Below, piece by piece: positions 43,128 to 53,424 of a DNA stretch of 64,000 nt. Every line of letters starts with the position of its first letter. Within the stretch, counting starts at the first letter, position 1. The position numbers and the translations under genes were made by a program. The notes beneath the pieces were generated by a model, which was not told the origin of the DNA, ran no database searches, and saw only the letters and a program-made list of their open reading frames with translations. Origin of the DNA: Myxococcota bacterium (GTDB taxonomy: Bacteria; Myxococcota_A; Polyangia; Nannocystales; Nannocystaceae); the NCBI GenBank assembly GCA_039028615.1, contig JBCCHT010000050.1, positions 29,183 through 93,182 on the forward strand, written 5' to 3'.

Positions 43128-44057
43128 ATGCGATCAATGTTAGCTTTTGGTTGGGCTGGCAAGGCCTCGCTTCGCCCTCCCGGATCCGCCATGGGTCTGG
43201 CGATGGCGCTGGCGGCATGCGGCCCTCAGCACGGTCCATCGGGCTCCAACAACGACGGCACGGGCGCGACCACGCCCGCCGAGGCGACCTCTTCGGACAC
43301 GGCGAGCACCAGCTCGACCGACGGCTCGCTCGACGACGACTCCGGCTCGACGAGTGCGTCGTTCGTGCCCGAACCCGACATGGGCATCGGCGCCGACGAC
43401 TGCAACCAGTTCACCCAAGACTGCCCGCCGGGCGAAAAGTGCATGCCGTGGGACGACAGCGGCGGCACGGCCTGGAACGCGACCCGCTGCGTAACGATCG
43501 CCGACGACCCGGGTGCGCCCGGCGACCCGTGCACGGTGGAAGGCGTAGGCAACTCGGGCATCGACGACTGCGAGCTCGGGACGATGTGCTGGGACGTCGA
43601 CCCCTTCACCTTGACTGGCGTGTGCGCGCCGCTGTGCAGCGGCAGCGTGGACAGCCCCGCGTGCGAAGACCCGAACCGGTACTGCTGGATCTCGGCCGAC
43701 GCGGCCGTGGTGCTGTGCCTGCCGCTATGCCATCCGCTCGCGGGCGACTGCCCGGCCGAGCAAGGCTGCTATGCGAATACGCCGGGGTGGCGGTGCGCCC
43801 CCTCCTCGTCGAGCGGCGAGGGCGTCTACGGAGCGAGCTGCGAGTTCATCGATGAGTGCGAGCCGGGGCTCGTCTGCATCCAAGCGTCCACGGTTCCCGG
43901 CTGCGGGGACTCGGGCGGGTGCTGCTCGGAGCCCTGTGACCTCGACGCCCCCGATTGCCCACACGCAGGCGAAGGGGTGACGTGCGTGCCTTGGTACGAC
44001 CCCGGAACCGCCCCGCCAGGCTTCGAGAACGTGGGCGTGTGCGCCCTTCCCCCATAG
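43128..44057 (+). CDS. Cysteine-rich myxobacterial lipoprotein
   Basis: Lipobox LAAC, Ser/Thr linker, QDCPPGEKCMPW...WNATRC...GDPCTVEG...DDCELGTMCWDVD. Start uncertain (43128 or 43191). Confidence 0.82.
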   Translation: MRSMLAFGWAGKASLRPPGSAMGLAMALAACGPQHGPSGSNNDGTGATTPAEATSSDTASTSSTDGSLDDDSGSTSASFVPEPDMGIGADDCNQFTQDCPPGEKCMPWDDSGGTAWNATRCVTIADDPGAPGDPCTVEGVGNSGIDDCELGTMCWDVDPFTLTGVCAPLCSGSVDSPACEDPNRYCWISADAAVVLCLPLCHPLAGDCPAEQGCYANTPGWRCAPSSSSGEGVYGASCEFIDECEPGLVCIQASTVPGCGDSGGCCSEPCDLDAPDCPHAGEGVTCVPWYDPGTAPPGFENVGVCALPP

Positions 44058-44071
44058 GAATCGACTCATTG

Positions 44072-45028
44072 ATGGACGTATCGAATCAACCTTCGCCGCG
44101 CACCGACCCCGTCGTCATCGGGTTCGTGGCCAGTGCCGTGGCTTTGATGATGTCTTGTGGCCCGCAGGTGGTCCCGATGAGTTCCGATGGCGACACGAGC
44201 ACGGGCGCCCCCGAGTCGAGCGAGAGCACCGCGGCCACCCCACCACCATCGCCGCCGCCACCACCCGCTCCGGGCACGACCTCCGGCTCGACGAGCGGCT
44301 CGGTCGACGACGGCTCGGGCGTGACCAGCTCGTCGTTCATCCCCGTCCCCGACTCGGGCACCGACTTCATCTGCGACCTGTTCACGCAAGACTGTCCGCC
44401 CGGGGAAAAGTGCATGCCGTGGGCCAACAACGGTGGCTCGACCTGGAATGCGACCCGCTGCTCGCCGATCGTCGACGCTCCGGGAAGCGCGGGCGACCCG
44501 TGCACGGTGGAAGGCAGCGGGACCTCGGGCCTCGACGACTGCGAGCTCGGCACGATGTGCTGGGACGTCGACCCCCGCACCAATACTGGCGAGTGCGTCG
44601 CGTTGTGCACGGGGAACGAGGTCAATCCCATCTGTGAAGACCCCGAGACCTTCTGCTCGATCCCCGCCGATGGCGCGCTCGTACTGTGCCTACCCCGATG
44701 CCATCCGCTCGAGGACGACTGTGAAGACACCCAAGGGTGTTATCCCACGCACACCGAGTGGCAGTGCATCCCCACCGCGACCATGGGCGATGCCGTCTAC
44801 GGGACGCCGTGCGAGTTCCTCAATGGGTGCGAGCAGGGGCTCATCTGTCTCGGCCCCGAGGCATTTCTCGATTGCGAAGGACCGATCGGGTGCTGCGGGG
44901 AAGTCTGCGACCTCGACGATCCTCAATGCACCGACGCAGACCAGGGAATGATCTGTACCCCGTGGTACGCGAACGAAGACGCCCCGCCGGGCGCAGAGAA
45001 CCTGGGCGTGTGCGCGCTGCCTGCCTGA
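44072..45028 (+). CDS. Cysteine-rich myxobacterial lipoprotein (tandem paralog)
   Basis: Signal ending MMSCGPQ; same Cys scaffold as the previous gene, ending GVCALP. Confidence 0.85.
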   Translation: MDVSNQPSPRTDPVVIGFVASAVALMMSCGPQVVPMSSDGDTSTGAPESSESTAATPPPSPPPPPAPGTTSGSTSGSVDDGSGVTSSSFIPVPDSGTDFICDLFTQDCPPGEKCMPWANNGGSTWNATRCSPIVDAPGSAGDPCTVEGSGTSGLDDCELGTMCWDVDPRTNTGECVALCTGNEVNPICEDPETFCSIPADGALVLCLPRCHPLEDDCEDTQGCYPTHTEWQCIPTATMGDAVYGTPCEFLNGCEQGLICLGPEAFLDCEGPIGCCGEVCDLDDPQCTDADQGMICTPWYANEDAPPGAENLGVCALPA

Positions 45029-45100
45029 AATGACCCCACCGTGGCGAGCCACGAACCTCCGTGGTGTACGCCATCGGTCGCGGGACTCCGAGCTGAACGC

Positions 45101-46252
45101 TCACCGACGACGACGAGGCCGTAGCGCCGCCACCACCATGCCCAGGAACGTCCACTGCGGCCATTTCGGGCTCGGCCCCGTGCTCGAGCACCCGCAGCCC
45201 GCGTCCGCGGTCGGTTCCTCGAGGCTGCACGCCGCCGACGATTGCTCCCACGTCACCGTGCGAACCTCGTCGCCGAGGCGAGCTTCGACGCTCAGCGTGT
45301 GCACCACGGGCTCTCGTCCCGGCTCGTGGCACTCGATCTCGGTATGGGCGTAGGTGCTGGGATCGACATCCGACGCCGAGAACTTCACGTCCCCTTCGAC
45401 GAGACTCCACCGCGCGGGCACCCCCTGCACGGGCCGGCCCTGGTCATCCCGGGCGAACGCACGCAGGCCCGCGAACCCCGGGTAGTCCTCGTCGAGGAAG
45501 AGCAGCAGCTCGAAGTCCTGCAGCGACGAGGCGGGCACGGCTTCGAGGATCGCCGGCTCGGTCTCCACGCCGCCGACCCGCAGACTCAACGCCCGCGTCT
45601 CGCCCGGGGCCAGGCGCAGCTCCACGGGTTGGCTCTCGGGATCGTCCACGGGGTCGGCGGGCGTCACGAGCACGTCGCCGTGGGTCCAGGCGACGTTCTC
45701 GTTCGAGTCCCGGGTTTGTAGGCCGACCTCGATGCTCAGCGAGGCGCCTTCCACCACGGGCACGACCTCGCCGGGTGCGACGACCAGCTGCTCGCGGGTC
45801 CACCCATCGGGCTCGGTGATGGTCTCGAAGTCGTAGTAGACCGCGGTACGCAGCTGCTCGGGCGCGACGGCTCGAATCACGAGCGTGTCGTCCGAGAGGT
45901 CCCCGGGGCAGGACACCGAGGTTCGCCGCAGGTGGACGGTGGTCTCGCCCGGCTCGTCCAAGGACAGGCAACGGCCCTCGAGCTCGGCGACCCCTTCGGC
46001 GGACAGCTCGAAGCAATCGTCGATGTCGCTCTGGTGGCGAGTGAACAGGTCCTCCTCGAACCAGCCCTGAAAGTGAAGGCAGACCTCCGAGCCCACCGCC
46101 ATGGTCCCGCCGGACTCCCAGCGCGGGATCCCGGGGTGGTGGAACTGCTCCGCGCTGAGGGCCACGCGTCCGCTCTCGGAGACGAAGTCCACATCACACG
46201 CACCCAGCAACATCGCGAGCGCAACCAGCCCGATCTTCGATCGTTCCACCAT
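45101..46252 (-). CDS. MYXO-CTERM sorted protein with N-terminal lipobox
   Basis: LLGAC at the N-terminus; C-terminal GCGCSS...hydrophobic helix...RPRRRR; GGAGG upstream. Confidence 0.82.
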   Translation of the reverse strand: MVERSKIGLVALAMLLGACDVDFVSESGRVALSAEQFHHPGIPRWESGGTMAVGSEVCLHFQGWFEEDLFTRHQSDIDDCFELSAEGVAELEGRCLSLDEPGETTVHLRRTSVSCPGDLSDDTLVIRAVAPEQLRTAVYYDFETITEPDGWTREQLVVAPGEVVPVVEGASLSIEVGLQTRDSNENVAWTHGDVLVTPADPVDDPESQPVELRLAPGETRALSLRVGGVETEPAILEAVPASSLQDFELLLFLDEDYPGFAGLRAFARDDQGRPVQGVPARWSLVEGDVKFSASDVDPSTYAHTEIECHEPGREPVVHTLSVEARLGDEVRTVTWEQSSAACSLEEPTADAGCGCSSTGPSPKWPQWTFLGMVVAALRPRRRR

Positions 46253-46400
46253 CCAAAACCTCCCGGCGTATCGCCGCAGGTGATGGTCGCAGCATAGGGG
46301 TATTTGGATTCCACGCGCAGCGGCGTTCGTCACAATCCCCCCTCCCCTGCGACGAATCACCGCAGGGAGACCGGCCGCTCGGTTCACCCCGAACGTCGGT

Positions 46401-47837
46401 TCAATCGTCGATGCACTTCCCCGAGTACGACTGTTTGCCGCCGGGCCAGCCGTCGCCGTGCAGCCGGAACGCGTGGGCCGTTTCGGGACCGGTGACCTCC
46501 GCCATCGCCGCTTCGAATCCGTTGCCGACCTCGAGCACATGCCGGACCCAACGCTGGGACAGCGACAGCTCGCCGAGGTTCGCGGGAGGCTCGACCAGTC
46601 CGGCGCGCTCCTTGGCCACGCGCCGTCGCTCGTCTTCCATCGAGTCTGCATCGAGCAAGTCGGTGGTCACCGCGGCGAGCGCTCGAATGGGAAGCTCGGC
46701 CGCGCTCTCCGGGCTGCCTCCGCCCGCCTCCACGTACATGTCGCGCAGCTGCTGGTGATACCCGTTGCGGTACTGCATCACGCGGTCGCGCAGCGCCTGC
46801 CCCTGCTGCTCGCTCAGGCCGAGCACCGCGGGCGGAGGCAGCCGGGGCTCGCGATCGCGGTCGAGCAGGAAGCTCGGCGTATCCACGCGCACCATGGCGC
46901 AGCGAGCCATCTCGCGGAGGGTCTCCGGGTCCGGGTCCACGAACGAGCACCCGGGCAATCGCGAGTCGTGGGCACACTCGATCGGATCGGGCGCCTCCCC
47001 AGCTTCGACCTCCGCATCGGCTTCGGTCGCGCCGTCGGCGAGCTTGGCCAGGTCTTGGCGGGCCTGCTTGAGCTGACGGTCCTGCTCGTTCTTGTCGGCG
47101 CGTAGCTTGGCCACCGCCGCATCCGGCGAGTCGCCGCGGCCCGAGGCCGACTCCGAATCCAGGCGATGCGGCGCGTGCCCGGGACCGGCTCCCGCCCGCT
47201 GCCCGGCATCGACGGTGACCGACGCGGAATCGTCGGCGAGCGCGACCCGACCTTCGTACACGGTGACCACCACCGCGGTGGCGAGGGCGGCCCCGACGAG
47301 ACCACTGGTGAGCTTGGGATTGTCCTTGAACATGGGATTGACCTCCACGGAGAAGCAGGTGCCCGTGACCTCGACGGTGCCGTAGGGGGTGACGACGTCG
47401 AAGGCCGGGCCGGAATCGACGCGGTAGAACACCGAGCCGGAGTCCTGCTCGATGCGGGCGACGCCCTGGTCGTCGACGCGCCAGCGCAGCTCGCTGCCCG
47501 CCTCGCCGACCATGACCGCGCGACCGGGCAGGGTGATCGTCTCGCGACTCACGAGGTCGACCTGACCTCGGGTCGCTTCGTAGCCGCTGGGTCGGGCCAG
47601 CCACAGCACGGTGGCGGCCGCGATGGCCGTAGCCCCGGCGACCCAACCCCAGGGCACGCGGCGGCGCGGTGTGACCTCGGGCTCGCGCACCGTCACGGGC
47701 GCGGCGGCCTCGGGCTCGCTCGTCTCGAGGGCGACCACTTCGGGGGCTCCCTCGGACTGGCGCCAGGCCTCGACCACGCGCTCGGCGAAGCCGTCCGGCG
47801 GTGTGGCGGGCTCCCACAGCTCGTACTCGTCAGCCAT
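46401..47837 (-). CDS. FecR-domain anti-sigma factor
   Basis: PPDGFAERV, TM helix, GSVFYRVD...FDVVTPYGTVEVTGTCFSVEV...VTVYEGRV; overlaps the sigma factor stop. Confidence 0.87.
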   Translation of the reverse strand: MADEYELWEPATPPDGFAERVVEAWRQSEGAPEVVALETSEPEAAAPVTVREPEVTPRRRVPWGWVAGATAIAAATVLWLARPSGYEATRGQVDLVSRETITLPGRAVMVGEAGSELRWRVDDQGVARIEQDSGSVFYRVDSGPAFDVVTPYGTVEVTGTCFSVEVNPMFKDNPKLTSGLVGAALATAVVVTVYEGRVALADDSASVTVDAGQRAGAGPGHAPHRLDSESASGRGDSPDAAVAKLRADKNEQDRQLKQARQDLAKLADGATEADAEVEAGEAPDPIECAHDSRLPGCSFVDPDPETLREMARCAMVRVDTPSFLLDRDREPRLPPPAVLGLSEQQGQALRDRVMQYRNGYHQQLRDMYVEAGGGSPESAAELPIRALAAVTTDLLDADSMEDERRRVAKERAGLVEPPANLGELSLSQRWVRHVLEVGNGFEAAMAEVTGPETAHAFRLHGDGWPGGKQSYSGKCIDD

Positions 47838-48399
47838 CGAACACCTCCTTGCCCATCAGCTCTCGCAAGCGAGCCCGCGCCCGAGCCACGCGGGCCTTGA
47901 CCGCGCTGGCCTTGATCCCCAGGGCCTCCCCGATGCCCGCGTCGTCGAGCCCATGGAACTCGCGCAGGACCAGCGCGGCCTGCTGCTCGGGGGTCACCAA
48001 CGAGATGGCACGATAGAGCGCCTGGCGAGCATCCACCCCCGCCTCGGGACCCCGCACGGGCACCTCGTGCTCAAGCGGCTCGAGAGCGGGTCGCTTGCGG
48101 TTGAGCTCGTTGATCGCCAGGCGCGAGGCGATGCACAAAAGCCACGTCGACAGCCGCGCGGGTCCATCGAGTTCGAAGCGCGGCAGGGCGCCAAAGGCCC
48201 GCACGAAGACCTCCTGGGCCAGATCTTCGACCTCGGCGGAGCGACCGCGGGGGCCGAGCATGCGACCGAGCAGGGCGAACACGGGGCGCTCGTAGTGCCG
48301 CACGAAGGCCGTACACGCCCCCGGATCGCCCCGTTGCGCACGGCGCAGCGTCAGCTCGTCGAGCTCGGACGCAGGGCGCTTGGGGTTGGCGGAGTGCAC
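47830..48399 (-). CDS. ECF RNA polymerase sigma factor
   Basis: RAQRGDPGA, VEDLAQEVFVRAF, LSTWLLCIA, LVLREFHGL...IGEALGI...VKARVARAR. GTG start inferred. Confidence 0.92.
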   Translation of the reverse strand: MHSANPKRPASELDELTLRRAQRGDPGACTAFVRHYERPVFALLGRMLGPRGRSAEVEDLAQEVFVRAFGALPRFELDGPARLSTWLLCIASRLAINELNRKRPALEPLEHEVPVRGPEAGVDARQALYRAISLVTPEQQAALVLREFHGLDDAGIGEALGIKASAVKARVARARARLRELMGKEVFDG

Positions 48400-48512
48400 G
48401 TGTGCGGCGAGGCCCACTGTACCGTTGCACCGCCGCCGGGCCGCCAGGTAACGCGGGGGCGTCGATTTTTTTTGCCCGCGAAGCGCGCGGGCGTCGGAGG
48501 CGGCCGGGAGGC

Positions 48513-48551
48513 AAAAAAAGAACCGCGGGTACCCGAAGGCACCCGCGGCTC
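48513..48551 (-). terminator. Intrinsic terminator after the OmpA gene
   Basis: Minus strand GAGCCGCGGGTGCC-TTCG-GGTACCCGCGGTTC followed by T7. Confidence 0.9.
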
Positions 48552-48582
48552 GAACAACCCGCTGCCCCACGCAGCGATGTGC

Positions 48583-50064
48583 CTACTTGGTCAGGATCTT
48601 GAACTCGATCCGTCGGTTCTCCGCCCGCCCCGACTTGGTGTCGTTGGTCGCGACGGGCTCATCCGGCCCCGCCCCGCGGGTGGAGATCCGGCTCGCATCG
48701 ATCCCGTGATCGACCAGCCAGCTCTTCACCGCCGCCGCGCGGTCGGCCGAAAGCTTCATGTTGTCGTCGTGCTTGCCTCGGCTGTCGGTATGCCCGGAGA
48801 TCTCGACGCGGATGTCGGGATACTCGGCGAGCACCTTGGCCGCCTCTTGCAGCGTCTTCTCGGAGCGCTTGCGAATGTCGGCCTTGCCGGTCTCGAAGAC
48901 GATGCCCTTGATGGCCCCGGTGAACTTCTTGACTTCCTCGGGCACCTCGTCGGGACAACCGTCCCCGTCCTGGTAGCCGTTGGGCGTCTCTGGCTCGTTC
49001 ACGCACTTGTCGTCGTCGTCCAAGATCCCGTCGCCGTCAGCGTCGCGCACCGGGCATCCGTCGGGCTCGACTCCCGACTCCTCGGGGCAGGCATCCACGT
49101 CGTCGAGGAAGCCGTCGCCGTCGGAGTCACCGACCGGGCAGCCATCGGGCGCCACGCCGGCCTCGGTCGGGCACTTGTCCTCGGTGTCGAGGAAACCGTC
49201 ACCGTCGGAGTCGCCCACCGGGCACCCGTCGGGCTCGACCCCCGACTGATCGGGACAGGCATCGTCTTGGTCGAGGAAGCCGTCGCCGTCGCGATCGGAA
49301 GGCGCCTTGGCCTTGGGCTTGGGCCCCAGCCGCACCACGAGCCCGAGCAGGTACTCCTCGCTGTCGGAGACGTCGTCGCCGATGGCCTTCTCGGTCAGGT
49401 TCTGGCGGATGTCGAAGCGCAGGCCGATGTTGCGGGTGATGTGGAACTTGACGCCACCGCCGTAGGAGAACAGGAAGTCGAGGTCGTTGCCGAAGGCGGT
49501 GTCGTCACTCGACACGCCCAGGAAGCCGACGCCGAGCGAGGCGAAGGGCACGATCCGCCAGAAGGGCAGCTGGAAGATCGGCTGCACGCGGCCCGTGTAC
49601 ATCAGCGCCGAGTCGCCGGTACCGGCCGCGGACGCGGGCAGGACCCCCAGCTCGCCTTCGACCCCCATGAAGCTCAGGAAGTAGTAGCCGAAGCGAGCGC
49701 CGATCTCGGGGGCGACACGACCGTAGCGTTGGAAGGGCAGGTTGTCGTCGCGCAGGCCGAGGCCGCGTGACAGCACGCCCACGCCACCGAAGACGCCGAG
49801 CTCCCAGCTGTTGCGTCGCGGGGCGTGCCGCTTGATCCACGGCTTGGCCTTCTCCGCCTCGATGGCTTCCTTGCGCGCCGCCTTGCGGGCTTCCTTGTCG
49901 GCTTTGGACTTGCCGTCCGCCTTGCCGTCCGCCTCGGCTCCGCCCGAGCCCAGGGTCACCGAGCCCTCGGCCGAGCCCCCGGCTTCGGGCCCCGCCATGG
50001 CGATTGAAGGAACGCCGAGCGCTGCGAGCAGGGCGAGGCTACGAACGATGGCAAGCTGATTCAT
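48583..50064 (-). CDS. OmpA family outer-membrane protein with thrombospondin type-3-like Ca-binding repeats
   Basis: Signal peptide, beta-barrel region, tandem D(S/R)DGDGFLDxxDxCP repeats, EISGHTDSRG...LSADRA...NRRIEF. Confidence 0.93.
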   Translation of the reverse strand: MNQLAIVRSLALLAALGVPSIAMAGPEAGGSAEGSVTLGSGGAEADGKADGKSKADKEARKAARKEAIEAEKAKPWIKRHAPRRNSWELGVFGGVGVLSRGLGLRDDNLPFQRYGRVAPEIGARFGYYFLSFMGVEGELGVLPASAAGTGDSALMYTGRVQPIFQLPFWRIVPFASLGVGFLGVSSDDTAFGNDLDFLFSYGGGVKFHITRNIGLRFDIRQNLTEKAIGDDVSDSEEYLLGLVVRLGPKPKAKAPSDRDGDGFLDQDDACPDQSGVEPDGCPVGDSDGDGFLDTEDKCPTEAGVAPDGCPVGDSDGDGFLDDVDACPEESGVEPDGCPVRDADGDGILDDDDKCVNEPETPNGYQDGDGCPDEVPEEVKKFTGAIKGIVFETGKADIRKRSEKTLQEAAKVLAEYPDIRVEISGHTDSRGKHDDNMKLSADRAAAVKSWLVDHGIDASRISTRGAGPDEPVATNDTKSGRAENRRIEFKILTK

Positions 50065-50419
50065 GGTGCTGAGTGCTTCCGCTGGGGTGACCAGGTGACG
50101 AAACGTGGGCGAACCGGAGACCCGCGAGGGCGTTCAGTGGGCGACGCTTCGCGTTCATGCCGGGTCCGCGCCCGTCCCCACCAGCAAAGTCCAGGCCAGC
50201 TTTTCGATCCGCATTGATTCTCATGAATCGGGCGCTGTCCCAGTGGTCCCCAGCGTGATGGGGGTGGGGCGCCACGCCACGCTGCGGCGTGAGGCCGCAG
50301 ACATGGGGCTCCCTGCAAGGGCTCCCAGGGCCTATTCGGGCCAAACTGGCGGAGCGCGTGAGCCCGGTCGCGTACGCCTCGAGCCTGGGGAGCCTTGCCC
50401 CGCGTTAGGCTCCGCAACC

Positions 50420-52084
50420 ATGGCACGCGAGATTCGGGCCCCGCGGGGGCAGGAGCGCTCGTGCAAAGGCTGGCCCCAAGAGGCCGCCCTTCGCATGCTG
50501 ATGAACAACCTCGACCCGGAGGTCGCAGAGCAACCCCAGGACCTCGTCGTCTACGGCGGGACGGGCAAAGCCGCGCGCACCTGGGAGGACTTCGATCGCA
50601 TCGTCGCGTCGCTGCGCGACCTCGAAGACGACGAGACGCTGATCGTCCAGAGCGGCCGCGCCCAGGGCATCTTCAAGACCCACGCCGACGCGCCGCGGGT
50701 GCTCATCGCCAACAGCCTGCTCGTGCCCAAGTGGGCGACCTGGGACGAGTTCAATCGCCTCGAGGGCCTGGGCCTGACCATGTACGGCCAGATGACCGCG
50801 GGCAGCTGGATCTACATCGGCACCCAGGGGATCTTGCAGGGCACCTACGAGACCTTTGCCGCCTGCGCGCGCCAGCACTTCGGCGGCGATCTCAGCGGCA
50901 AGCTGGTGGTCACGGGCGGCCTCGGAGGCATGGGCGGCGCCCAGCCCCTGGCCGCGACCATGAACAATGCGGCCATCCTGTGCGTCGAGGTCGACCCCCA
51001 CCGCATCCAGCGGCGGCTCGAGACCGGCTACCTCATGAAGTCGAGCCAGACCCTCGACGAGGCGCTGTCGCTGCTCGAAGAGGCCAAGCGCAAGGGCGAG
51101 GGACTCTCGGTCGGCCTGCTGGGCAACTGCGCCACCGTGCTGCCCGAGCTGGTCCGCCGCGGGGTCATCCCCGACGTGGTCACCGACCAGACCAGCGCCC
51201 ACGACGAGCTCAACGGCTACGTCCCCGACGGGCTCACGCTCCAGGAGGCCATCGAGCTGCGCAACCGCGATCCCGAGGAGTACGTTCGCCGCAGCGTCGA
51301 CGCCATGGGCCGACACGTCGCCGCCATGCGGGCCATGCAGGACAAGGGCTCCATCGCGTTCGACTACGGCAACAACATCCGCGCCCAGGCGGTCACCGCT
51401 GGGGTCGAGGATGCCTTCGAGATCAAGGGCTTCATCCCGCTGTACATCCGCCCGCTCTTTTGTGAAGGGCAAGGCCCCTTCCGCTGGGCTGCGGTCTCGG
51501 GCAACCCCGAGGACATCCGCAAGACCGACGAAGCGATCTTGGAGCTGTTCCCCGAGAAGGTCGCGCTGCGCCGCTGGATCGAGCTGGCGCGCGAGCACGT
51601 GGAGTTCCAGGGCCTGCCCTGCCGCATCTGCTGGCTCGGCTACGGCGAGCGCCACCGCGCCGGCCTGCGCTTCAACGAGATGGTGAAGAACGGCGAGCTC
51701 GAGGGGCCCATCGTCATCGGTCGCGACCACCTCGACTGTGGCAGCGTGGCCTCGCCCAACCGCGAGACCGAGGCCATGAAGGACGGCTCCGATGCCATCG
51801 CCGACTGGCCCGTGCTCAACGCGATGATCAATACGGCCGCGGGTGCGACCTGGGTCTCCGTGCATCACGGCGGCGGCGTGGGCATCGGCTACTCGCTGCA
51901 CGCGGGCATGGTGGTGGTGGCCGACGGCACCGACGCCGCCGCGCGCCGCCTGGAGCGAGTGCTCACCACCGACCCCGGCATGGGCGTGGTGCGACACGTG
52001 GACGCCGGCTACGACGAGGCTCAGAGTTTCGCCGAGCAGCACGACGTGCGCGTGCCCGGTCGGACGACTCTCAAGGGCAAGTAA
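50420..52084 (+). CDS. hutU: Urocanate hydratase
   Basis: [69 protein letters not shown]. Confidence 0.98.
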   Translation: MAREIRAPRGQERSCKGWPQEAALRMLMNNLDPEVAEQPQDLVVYGGTGKAARTWEDFDRIVASLRDLEDDETLIVQSGRAQGIFKTHADAPRVLIANSLLVPKWATWDEFNRLEGLGLTMYGQMTAGSWIYIGTQGILQGTYETFAACARQHFGGDLSGKLVVTGGLGGMGGAQPLAATMNNAAILCVEVDPHRIQRRLETGYLMKSSQTLDEALSLLEEAKRKGEGLSVGLLGNCATVLPELVRRGVIPDVVTDQTSAHDELNGYVPDGLTLQEAIELRNRDPEEYVRRSVDAMGRHVAAMRAMQDKGSIAFDYGNNIRAQAVTAGVEDAFEIKGFIPLYIRPLFCEGQGPFRWAAVSGNPEDIRKTDEAILELFPEKVALRRWIELAREHVEFQGLPCRICWLGYGERHRAGLRFNEMVKNGELEGPIVIGRDHLDCGSVASPNRETEAMKDGSDAIADWPVLNAMINTAAGATWVSVHHGGGVGIGYSLHAGMVVVADGTDAAARRLERVLTTDPGMGVVRHVDAGYDEAQSFAEQHDVRVPGRTTLKGK

Positions 52085-52157
52085 AGGGGCCAGGCACCGC
52101 GGCTCGGGGTGAGCTTCGCCCTCGGCAGCGGTGCCGCCAGCCTGATACACAGGGGGC

Positions 52158-53411
52158 ATGCCCAAGCGCCGCCTGCTGCATCGCGCCCGCTCCATCGTGA
52201 CCCTCGACGGCCCCGCCGGGCCGCGGGCGGGCGAGGCCATGAGCGAGCTGGCCATCCTCGAGCACGGCAGCGTGGCCATCGACGAGCGCGGGCGCATCGC
52301 CTGGGTCGGGCCGCACGACCGCGTGCCCGCCGAGTACCTCAACGACAGCGACGTGTTCGACTGCCGCGAGCGCACCCTCGTGCCCGCGCTGGTCGATCCG
52401 CACACGCACGCGGTGTGGGGCGGCAACCGTCGCGACGAGCTCGAGCTTCGTCTGGCCGGGGCCGACTACGAGGAGATCTTCGAAAAGGGCGGCGGCATCC
52501 TGTCGAGCGTGCGTCAGACTCGGGACGCCCGCGAGGACGACCTGTACGCCCAGAGCCTCGCCCGCCTCCGACGCATGCGGGCCGCGGGCACCACCACCTT
52601 CGAGATCAAGAGCGGCTACGGACTCGACGTGGAGACCGAGCTCCGCCAGCTACGGGTCGCCCGACGCCTGCGCTCGGCCGGCTTCCGCATCAAGACCACC
52701 TGCCTCGCCGCCCACGCCATCCCGCAGGAGGCCCGCGACGAAGAGGGAGGTCGCGAGGCGTTCGTCGATCGCGTCTGCGAAGAGATCCTGCCCACCGTGG
52801 CCGCCCACCGCCTCGCCGACTACGTCGACGTGTTCTGTGACCGCGGCGCCTTCACCCCCGAAGAGTCCCGTCGCGTGCTCGGCAAGGCCAAGGAGCTCGG
52901 CTTCGAGCTGCGCGTGCACGCCAACGAGCTGGGCAGCACGGGCGGGGCCCGCATCGCCGCGGAGATGGGCGCGGCCTCGGCCGATCACCTGCTGCACCTC
53001 GACGACGACGAACGCAAGGCCCTGCGCGAGGCCGGCGTCGTCGCCACCCTGCTGCCGGGGACGTCCCTGGTGTTGGGCAAGGGCTACGCCGACGGGCGCG
53101 CGCTCGTGCGAGACGGCGTCGCGGTCGCCGTGGCGACCGACTGCAACCCGGGCAGCTGCGCCCTCGAGAACCTCGCCATGGTCTTGGGCTTGGCCTGCTA
53201 CGGCAACCGCCTCAGCCCAGCCGAGGCGCTGTGCGCCACCACCCACAACGCGGCGGCATCGCTGCGCCTGGACGGCGAGGTCGGCTCGATCGCGGTGGGC
53301 AAGAGCGCCGATCTGCTCGTGCTCGACACCGACGACTATCGCGACCTCGTGTATCACGCTGGCTCGCCGCTCATCGGGGCCGTGTGGCAAGCGGGCGAGC
53401 TGGTGGCGTAG
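52158..53411 (+). CDS. hutI: Imidazolonepropionase
   Basis: DPHTH, GGGILSSV, EIKSGYGL, DVFCD, HANEL, SADHL, ATDCNPGS. Confidence 0.96.
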   Translation: MPKRRLLHRARSIVTLDGPAGPRAGEAMSELAILEHGSVAIDERGRIAWVGPHDRVPAEYLNDSDVFDCRERTLVPALVDPHTHAVWGGNRRDELELRLAGADYEEIFEKGGGILSSVRQTRDAREDDLYAQSLARLRRMRAAGTTTFEIKSGYGLDVETELRQLRVARRLRSAGFRIKTTCLAAHAIPQEARDEEGGREAFVDRVCEEILPTVAAHRLADYVDVFCDRGAFTPEESRRVLGKAKELGFELRVHANELGSTGGARIAAEMGAASADHLLHLDDDERKALREAGVVATLLPGTSLVLGKGYADGRALVRDGVAVAVATDCNPGSCALENLAMVLGLACYGNRLSPAEALCATTHNAAASLRLDGEVGSIAVGKSADLLVLDTDDYRDLVYHAGSPLIGAVWQAGELVA

Positions 53412-53424
53412 CGTACGAGCACAC

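Noticed and set aside
43128..45028. Enzyme annotation for the Cys-rich pair
   Set aside because: No catalytic motif is visible; lipobox, stalk and Cys scaffold indicate surface proteins.
48424..48452. ECF autoregulatory promoter (minus strand GTTACC...GCAAC)
   Set aside because: Plausible position but no second matching copy in the window to support it.
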